Assembly (NCBI GenBank): GCA_964452145.1
Contig: CAYVLA010000006.1
Span: 1 to 64,000 of the forward strand
Source: Candidatus Hadarchaeota archaeon
GTDB lineage: Archaea > CAYQAE01 > CAYVLA01
Direction: 5' to 3'
DNA length: 64,000 bases
In this document: piece after piece, positions 57,929-64,000 of the stretch
How the letters are laid out: each line of letters begins with the position of its first letter
Numbering within the stretch: the first letter of the stretch is position 1
The notes under the pieces: generated by a model
The model's input: only the letters and a program-made list of their open reading frames with translations
Told to the model about the DNA's origin: nothing
Databases searched by the model: none
Translations under genes and position numbers: made by a program

Positions 57929-59740
57929 TTACGTGACCGTCACGATCGCTTCGACTATCTGCCCCAGAAGCCTTGAGTCGAGCCTGACATCTGCGGCCAA
58001 GGCGTATCGGTCCTTCTTCCGGCCTACCGCAATCGAGAAGGGAACCCTGCCGACCTGATCCTCATCGATCTCCGCCAATCCGACCTCCGGCCTGCTAGAC
58101 CATCCCCGGGGAGTGATAGGCCTCGCCTCCAGCGCAACGCGCCGGCCGAAGTGATTCCGCATCTCCAGAGCAAGCTCCACCCGGCCTCCGGCCTCGACGC
58201 TACTCTGGTAGGGGACCAGCCGCAGCCAACCGGGGCTGACACCGATGACGCTCGGAGGTGGCAGAATGGAGTCGAACATCATATTAGTACCAGCGGCTCT
58301 GTCGACCAGCGTTCGAACCTTGGCGTCGTCCACGGCAAACCAACCACCGTGACCGTGGGCCAGGAAATCGGGTTTCAGCTCGACCAGTCTCTGGGCGCAT
58401 TTCGCATGGCTCTCCGCCGTCACCAGGTTCCTATGAATGATTGGCTGGGTTAGTGCCTTCCCCATGTCGTGGATGCTGTCGCCCACGAACACCACCCGCT
58501 TGCCGTCGATATCGACGCCCATGGCCATGTGGTACTCGGTCTGACCTGGGAAGTGCACCACCGTGAGCCGGTATTCCTCCCACTGGACCATCTCCCCGTC
58601 TGCGATCGGCCTGTCGACCTTCATTGCATAGGGGAGTAGGCACGGAACATTGTACCTGTGCGGGTTCTCGAGTATGTCCACCATCCGGTCAAGAGCCCAT
58701 AGCTGGACCCCGTGTCTCTTCTGCAGATGGGGAATTCCGCAGGTGTGATCGTCATGGTAGTGTGTGGGTATCACCACATCCACCGACTTCACGCCCCAGT
58801 TCTCCCGCAACTCGTGTATGGAGTGTTCGACGAATCTCTGGAACTCCCAAGACTCGAACTGCCTCAGGTGGGCGTAGAAGTGGTTCCCGCTGGCCGCACC
58901 GTAGTCGATCAACATCGCCCTTCCCGACTTGCTGAGCAGCGCGTAGAACGTGCAGCATGCATGCGGGGCGACCAAGAGATGAGGTAGAACCTGTTTCAAT
59001 GGCTTGTCGATCGTCAGGGGCTGGAAGGAGACGTACCTATGGTACTCTCTCAGGTTGTCGATCGTCTTCCGGATGGCCGCGTCGGCGTTCCGCATCGGCT
59101 CCCCATGTGACGGAAGGAGCAGGTCGGGCCTCTGTCTGGCTAGATCGCGCAGCGAGAAAGCGTTCAGATCCACGCCCTCCACGCCGCCATAGGAGTGCTG
59201 CAACTCGGTGAGGCTCCATACCTTGCCGGGCGAGTGGATCATGTCCCCTGTGAAGGCCACCTTGGTCCCATCCACCTCGCCCAGCAGGCAGACCGAGCCA
59301 TGGGTGTGGCCAGGGGCCGGAAGGATATGGAAGCTGTAGCCGCGCCAAGTGAAAGTCTCGTAATCCACAAGCGAGGCGTCGACTCTTATGCTTCTGGTGA
59401 GCGCAAAGTAAGTGGACTGATCGTTGTAGCTGTCGTATATCTGCTTGTTTCGCCAGAAGTTCTCGGCGGCCTCGAAGAGGGGACGCTCGTGAAATGGGAC
59501 GGCTATCCTCGTTTTCCGCGAAAGAAGGTGGTCGCCTTGACACTGATCCCGGTGGTGATGGGTGTGGAGAACCCATTCCACACGGCGCATGCCGATTCCG
59601 GGCAGCTCGCCAAGGATGGAACCTGACCCGGAGTCCACAAGAAGACAATCCCTGCCCTTCCTCACCACGTACACGTTGCAGGTATCCCTGTAAACGAAGA
59701 GGTTGTCGGAGATCGGCTCAGCTGCGGTCTCGCTCATCAT
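57929..59740 (-). CDS. Tandem metallo-beta-lactamase-fold hydrolase with C-terminal beta-sandwich
   Basis: THHHRDQ/PGHT/TGD/PSHG in the first domain; THYHDDH/PGQT/VGD/HGHG in the second. Confidence 0.85.
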   Translation of the reverse strand: MMSETAAEPISDNLFVYRDTCNVYVVRKGRDCLLVDSGSGSILGELPGIGMRRVEWVLHTHHHRDQCQGDHLLSRKTRIAVPFHERPLFEAAENFWRNKQIYDSYNDQSTYFALTRSIRVDASLVDYETFTWRGYSFHILPAPGHTHGSVCLLGEVDGTKVAFTGDMIHSPGKVWSLTELQHSYGGVEGVDLNAFSLRDLARQRPDLLLPSHGEPMRNADAAIRKTIDNLREYHRYVSFQPLTIDKPLKQVLPHLLVAPHACCTFYALLSKSGRAMLIDYGAASGNHFYAHLRQFESWEFQRFVEHSIHELRENWGVKSVDVVIPTHYHDDHTCGIPHLQKRHGVQLWALDRMVDILENPHRYNVPCLLPYAMKVDRPIADGEMVQWEEYRLTVVHFPGQTEYHMAMGVDIDGKRVVFVGDSIHDMGKALTQPIIHRNLVTAESHAKCAQRLVELKPDFLAHGHGGWFAVDDAKVRTLVDRAAGTNMMFDSILPPPSVIGVSPGWLRLVPYQSSVEAGGRVELALEMRNHFGRRVALEARPITPRGWSSRPEVGLAEIDEDQVGRVPFSIAVGRKKDRYALAADVRLDSRLLGQIVEAIVTVT

Positions 59741-60284
59741 GGGAAACCTCGCGTGATGCCAAGCATCGGGATTGGTATGTGTTGTGCTCTCTGAAAGCAG
59801 ACTTGTCGTGACCGTCGGGAAACCACGCGAGCCTGGGAGCCTTGCCTCGCATCCTCCTCGTGGCTCACCGCCACGCCTGCTGACCTGTCTCGGTCACTTG
59901 TCTGGGGCTCTGGAACAATCCACGCCATTGACCATGGGGCCTCAGCATGCACCGGATTCAAAGCTTTTTCTAACACTGCGGAATACTGTCTCTTGCGGCA
60001 TCCCACACATCCCTGAGGACAGCGTTGCACCAGCCCATCTACCCGGCCACGCCAAGTGTCGTGCCGCCGCGGCCTTCACCGAATCGTTTCGTCTAGCCAA
60101 TGCACCGATTGGCAATCGCAGCTTCGCGCCTGTCCGAGATCCAGACTCCAAACCCTCCGCTTCGTCCCCTTCTGGGCACCTGCAGGAAGACATGTCAGCC
60201 TCGTCACAGCACTGATGAACAGCTGACCCCACTCAGTGCCGGACACGTAACTGCCGTTACCGGCCGCACACGACCCCCTCCATC

Positions 60285-61220
60285 TCACGGGCCATCGCGA
60301 ACGACGGTGAGAACAGCCGCCAGGATCGCCCGGGTCGCCATCGCGACGTTTGGGATGTCCACCAATTCAGGGACATCGGTCTCAAGATGGTAGTTCGGGT
60401 CAGCGTAGGGGTGGGAGCCGACGTTGACGATGGCAGCCGGGAAGCCGGCGTTCACGAACGAGCCGTCGTCGTCTCCGGGCTGCTGACGCGGGTAGACGGA
60501 TTGCTCCAGTCCAATGCCGTAATCCTCGTTCACCTCACATACCAGGTCGGCCAATCGCCGGCCTTCGGGCGTGGTGTAGAGAGTGGCATTTGTCTTCCGA
60601 CCATGCTCCACGTCGGCTTGCGACTTCCCACCCAGAGAATCGGTGTTGAATACGGCGATGATGTTGTCCCCTCGCATTCTAGAGGCCTGCGCGGCAGCCA
60701 CGCTGGTCCACGGCGTGTGCTCCTCGTTACAGAAAAGGAACCGGACGGAGCGACGCGGCATGGAGCGAGAAAGGACGCGGGCGATCTCCAGCAACGCAAC
60801 CGTGCCGACAGCGTTGTCGTAGGCACCAGGTGAATCCACCCAGCTCTGCGAGTCTTTGTGGGCACAGATGACGATGATCTCATCCGGCTTCTCTATGCCG
60901 AGCCTCTCCGCATAGAGGTTGTAGGCGATGTACCAAGGATCTTGCGGATCCGGCTTGCCATACTGGTGGGCCTTCGGTTTGGACTCGTCACGTCGGAACG
61001 CTTGGACGCGCACGCCCTCCTTCTTCACCTCGTAGCCCCATGATGCCAACTTTGCCTGGATGAAGTCATCCGCTTCGTCGAGCGTCGTCCCCGGGTGCCC
61101 GGGGAGAGTGTGGTTCACCTTCCGAAAGCGCAACGGGTCTCTTGTAAGGCATGACAGGTTGGACGGGAGGCGGCAAGGATCAATGCCAGACAGCACCCGG
61201 GAGATGGCGTCGTCGACCAT
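60285..61220 (-). CDS. M28 family Zn peptidase
   Basis: AHKDS, GAYDNAVG, NEEH, NTD, YH. Confidence 0.88.
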   Translation of the reverse strand: MVDDAISRVLSGIDPCRLPSNLSCLTRDPLRFRKVNHTLPGHPGTTLDEADDFIQAKLASWGYEVKKEGVRVQAFRRDESKPKAHQYGKPDPQDPWYIAYNLYAERLGIEKPDEIIVICAHKDSQSWVDSPGAYDNAVGTVALLEIARVLSRSMPRRSVRFLFCNEEHTPWTSVAAAQASRMRGDNIIAVFNTDSLGGKSQADVEHGRKTNATLYTTPEGRRLADLVCEVNEDYGIGLEQSVYPRQQPGDDDGSFVNAGFPAAIVNVGSHPYADPNYHLETDVPELVDIPNVAMATRAILAAVLTVVRDGP

Positions 61221-61474
61221 TTCTTTGGATCACCTCGACATCAGCGTGAGAGCCGTGCAGTGAACTCGCCCCATAACAATGTGAGCTCTGCGATTGGGCC
61301 GTGAAACTGGTCGCGGGCGGTTGGATGCACAGCTTCACGGGAGTCACCTTTCTCGGCAAGATCCGGCCCTGACCGGGGGATGATGGACGATTCAGGTCAA
61401 TATACGAGTGTCGCCCGGAGATTGCTTCTCGAACGGTCCCGACCATCAGGTGCACGGCGACCTGAACGGCATTC

Positions 61475-62719
61475 TTAGAGTTGTCTTGTCACCCCCGTCT
61501 CCCTGTACAGCCGCCGTCCAACCATCAGGGTCCACGTCGCAACGGCCACCAATCCGAACGTGCCCGTGACGGCACACCACTCCACCGCGTAGACCCAGAA
61601 CAGGGCTCTTCCCTTCAAAGCGACCGCCTTCTTCTCGATCGTGTAGATCAGGTCAAAGGCCTCCCGGAGACGGGTCTGACATGACTCGAAGTCCTGAGAG
61701 AGATAGTCCCTTCCCGCCCGATCCACGAGGGAGTCGGCCCCCGCGACCTGTTGCTGCAGGCTCTGGCTGCTTGCGCCGAACTTCTCTACGAAATCCAACA
61801 AAGAGTACAGAACCCCAACCCTGAGGACGTAGTCCCTGAACCCGCTCCTAAGCCTTTGGACAAGCAGTGGGTCCGATGGCAGCTCCCTTCGGAGCGAATA
61901 CCAGACTATGTTGGTGAAGATGCCCAGCGCGTATCTCTCCTGGCCGTCCCCTCCCCACCAGTATCCCCACATGGGACTCACGAACTGGTCCCCCGTTGCC
62001 CAGATCCTGGAGTTCCTGTCCCCAAATTCCCAAGACAGCAACAACGGGCAACTGGTCTTGCCCAGCTTGAAGGGTATGTCTTTTGCTCTGGCCCATTCCG
62101 TGGCGCCTTCCTTGGCGAAAAGTAGGCGGGTATAACCAAAGGGCTTGACCTTCTCGATTCCAAGGGCCTTGTAGGGCCTGATCACGGGGGCAAGCGATCG
62201 GTCGTCCACGATCTCGAGGTTGTAGGCTTCTATGTTATCGTGCGAAAGGGAGATGAACCTCTCCTGATCGTGCGGGAAGGCCTTTGACAGGTCCGAGCTC
62301 ATCCACGGGACATACATCTCGGGGTACGCGCTCTGAGTAAAGCCGAGGGCACCGACCCCCCGCTCCTTCAAGGCTCGATACATCCACTGGATCTGAATAT
62401 CATCATGGTAGTCCAGGAACGGCTGATCGTAGACGAAGAAGTCGTAGACCAGAAGGGCCTCGTACGACCGGGGCATGTATATGCGGATGAACCTGCGAAG
62501 CTGCTCAATGCTGTAGAGGCCGGCGTGGATGGACCGGGAGACGACCAGCGTCCCCTCCAAGGACGGCTCGGCCCTGAAGAAGTCTGATAAGGGGCTGTAG
62601 CTGGGGTCGACCTGCCCCATGGCGAGCACCTTGATGACGTCCTGACACCATGCTCCAAAAGGAACGATCAGGACCACAAGGACGACGGCAGAAGCCCCTA
62701 TGCCGAAGCCCATGCTCAT
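61475..62719 (-). CDS. Secreted, C-terminally anchored GATase1-like domain protein, paralog 4 of 4
   Basis: N-terminal hydrophobic signal, RIYMPRSY..YD, KEGAT, PLLLSWEFG, TM followed by LMVGRRLY; TATTTAA box just upstream. Confidence 0.75.
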   Translation of the reverse strand: MSMGFGIGASAVVLVVLIVPFGAWCQDVIKVLAMGQVDPSYSPLSDFFRAEPSLEGTLVVSRSIHAGLYSIEQLRRFIRIYMPRSYEALLVYDFFVYDQPFLDYHDDIQIQWMYRALKERGVGALGFTQSAYPEMYVPWMSSDLSKAFPHDQERFISLSHDNIEAYNLEIVDDRSLAPVIRPYKALGIEKVKPFGYTRLLFAKEGATEWARAKDIPFKLGKTSCPLLLSWEFGDRNSRIWATGDQFVSPMWGYWWGGDGQERYALGIFTNIVWYSLRRELPSDPLLVQRLRSGFRDYVLRVGVLYSLLDFVEKFGASSQSLQQQVAGADSLVDRAGRDYLSQDFESCQTRLREAFDLIYTIEKKAVALKGRALFWVYAVEWCAVTGTFGLVAVATWTLMVGRRLYRETGVTRQL

Positions 62720-62807
62720 GAAACAGAGGGCTTCCCTTAAATATCGCGAGGCAGCACATCTCTGCACAAGGCCTAGCAAGGGCGAGCCCGTCTGAACGGC
62801 CTGCATT

Positions 62808-63032
62808 TTACCAGCTTCTGGTGTCGCCGGTTTCTGTGACTCGGCCTCCTCTTCTTTCTTCATCCGTTGCCTGGTACGGTATGACCTTGAGATAGCCGCT
62901 TCTTTTCACAACGTAAAGCTGCCGCGTCGGGCCAACTTCGGCCTGCCGCCAGTCAGGGGGTAACAGCAGACGCCCCCCCCGGGAATCCATCATCTTCTTC
63001 ACTTCGACACCATATGACACGATCATCACCAT
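62808..63032 (-). CDS. AbrB/MazE/SpoVT-family DNA-binding protein, possibly truncated
   Basis: VKKMMDSRGGRLLLPPDWR..YLKVIP swapped-hairpin motif. Confidence 0.6.
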   Translation of the reverse strand: MVMIVSYGVEVKKMMDSRGGRLLLPPDWRQAEVGPTRQLYVVKRSGYLKVIPYQATDEERRGGRVTETGDTRSW

Positions 63033-63211
63033 TTTGGACCTTACTCTCTGGGGGGATTTGACTCGTACTCCCAGACAATCATGCCCGCCATCGTATTTGA
63101 ACAGCCCCTCCAGACATTTCTCAGTCTAAAGGAGGCGGGCTCCCGCCAACACCGAAGACCTATTTGAAGACCTTCAATCTCCCTACCACAGCCATCTGAG
63201 AGAGATCCAAG

Positions 63212-64000
63212 ATGCACAGCAAGGAACGGGTCATCCGAGCCATAGAGTTCGACGGACCCGATAGGATGCCCCACATGCATTCCTACAGGTATGCCACCCT
63301 CAGAAGACACGGGGTCGACTTCGCTGCGATCCTTGCCCGATATCCATCCGACTACTCACAGGCCACGCCCTCCCGGGACACCCTCGAGGGATCCGACAGA
63401 GGCTCTACCACGGACGAGTGGGGGATCACCTGGGTCAAGCTAAACGATGGATACATGGGGCAGCCCAAGGGCCACCCGCTGGAGAACTGGGACAACTTCG
63501 AGGACTACCGCATCCCGGACCCAGACCCATCCAAGTCCGTGTTCTTGAGGCACCACAGGGGTGATGCCGGGGGTATTGCGTCAGAGGACAAGTACGTCTG
63601 CATGTACGGTGGCAACCTTTTCGAGAGGCTGCAGTGGCTCCGAGGGATGAGAAACGTCTTCGTCGATCTGCACACCAAGAACGCAAGGCTTCTCGAGCTT
63701 GCGGACGCCGTAGTGGACTATGACATAGCCCTATCGAAGATATGGTGTGAGCGCGGCGCGGACGGTATCGTTTTCTCAGACGACTGGGGCACCCAGGATG
63801 CGCTGATGGTCAGCCCGTCCCTCTGGAGACGAATCTTCAGGCCTCGCTACCGCAAGATGTTTTCCGCAGTCCGCAGGCTGGGAGCGAAGGTGCATTTCCA
63901 CAGCGACGGATTCATCCTGAATATCGTCTCGGATCTCATCGATCTGGGCGTAGACGTCCTTAACCCCCAGCTGAACGTCCATAACATGGACGAGCTGGAA
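63212..64000 (+). CDS. URO-D / MtaA-CmuA family protein (runs off the window end)
   Basis: Hand translation: MHSKERVIRAIEFDGPDRMP, TDEWG, GHPLENW, LFERLQWLRG, SDDWGTQ, HFHSDG, VDVLNPQ. Confidence 0.85.
   Translation, partial: MHSKERVIRAIEFDGPDRMPHMHSYRYATLRRHGVDFAAILARYPSDYSQATPSRDTLEGSDRGSTTDEWGITWVKLNDGYMGQPKGHPLENWDNFEDYRIPDPDPSKSVFLRHHRGDAGGIASEDKYVCMYGGNLFERLQWLRGMRNVFVDLHTKNARLLELADAVVDYDIALSKIWCERGADGIVFSDDWGTQDALMVSPSLWRRIFRPRYRKMFSAVRRLGAKVHFHSDGFILNIVSDLIDLGVDVLNPQLNVHNMDELE

Noticed and set aside
1..64000. CRISPR arrays, rRNA, IS elements
   Set aside because: No regularly spaced direct repeats, rRNA-like sequence or transposase motifs were seen.

Overview
This is a GC-rich (~60% by eye) window that is most likely archaeal: TTTAAAT/TTTATA TATA boxes lie upstream of many starts, Shine-Dalgarno sites are GGTGA/GGAGG, AGG/ATA codons are common, and there are archaeal-type AbrB and nucleotidyltransferase genes. 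The lineage cannot be fixed from the sequence alone. The centrepiece (6438-16994, + strand) is a complete, capsid-less contractile phage-tail operon: sheath, tube, tail-assembly chaperone with an A9 -1 frameshift site, a Pro-rich gene in the tape-measure slot, tube initiator, hub, spike, gp25, baseplate J, wedge, a putative fibre/accessory protein and a terminator. Its PAAR tip gene lies in a convergent minus-strand operon with a membrane-anchored Ig/Zn-ribbon protein, so the locus looks like an archaeal contractile injection system (CIS) or tailocin. A second notable locus (50779-56290) combines a GlmL-type reactivase, a single-chain B12-binding mutase-like protein, an opine dehydrogenase and a cobalamin adenosyltransferase. 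Four dispersed paralogs of a secreted GATase1-like membrane protein share a near-invariant C-terminal anchor motif. The rest is mostly sugar- and sulfate-ester-catabolic genes (GH29, GH151-like, GH116, sulfatase, arylsulfotransferase, AGE epimerase, BNR protein), URO-D-family proteins and transporters. No rRNA, tRNA, CRISPR array or transposase was recognised. All family calls come from motif recognition by eye; no database search was run.
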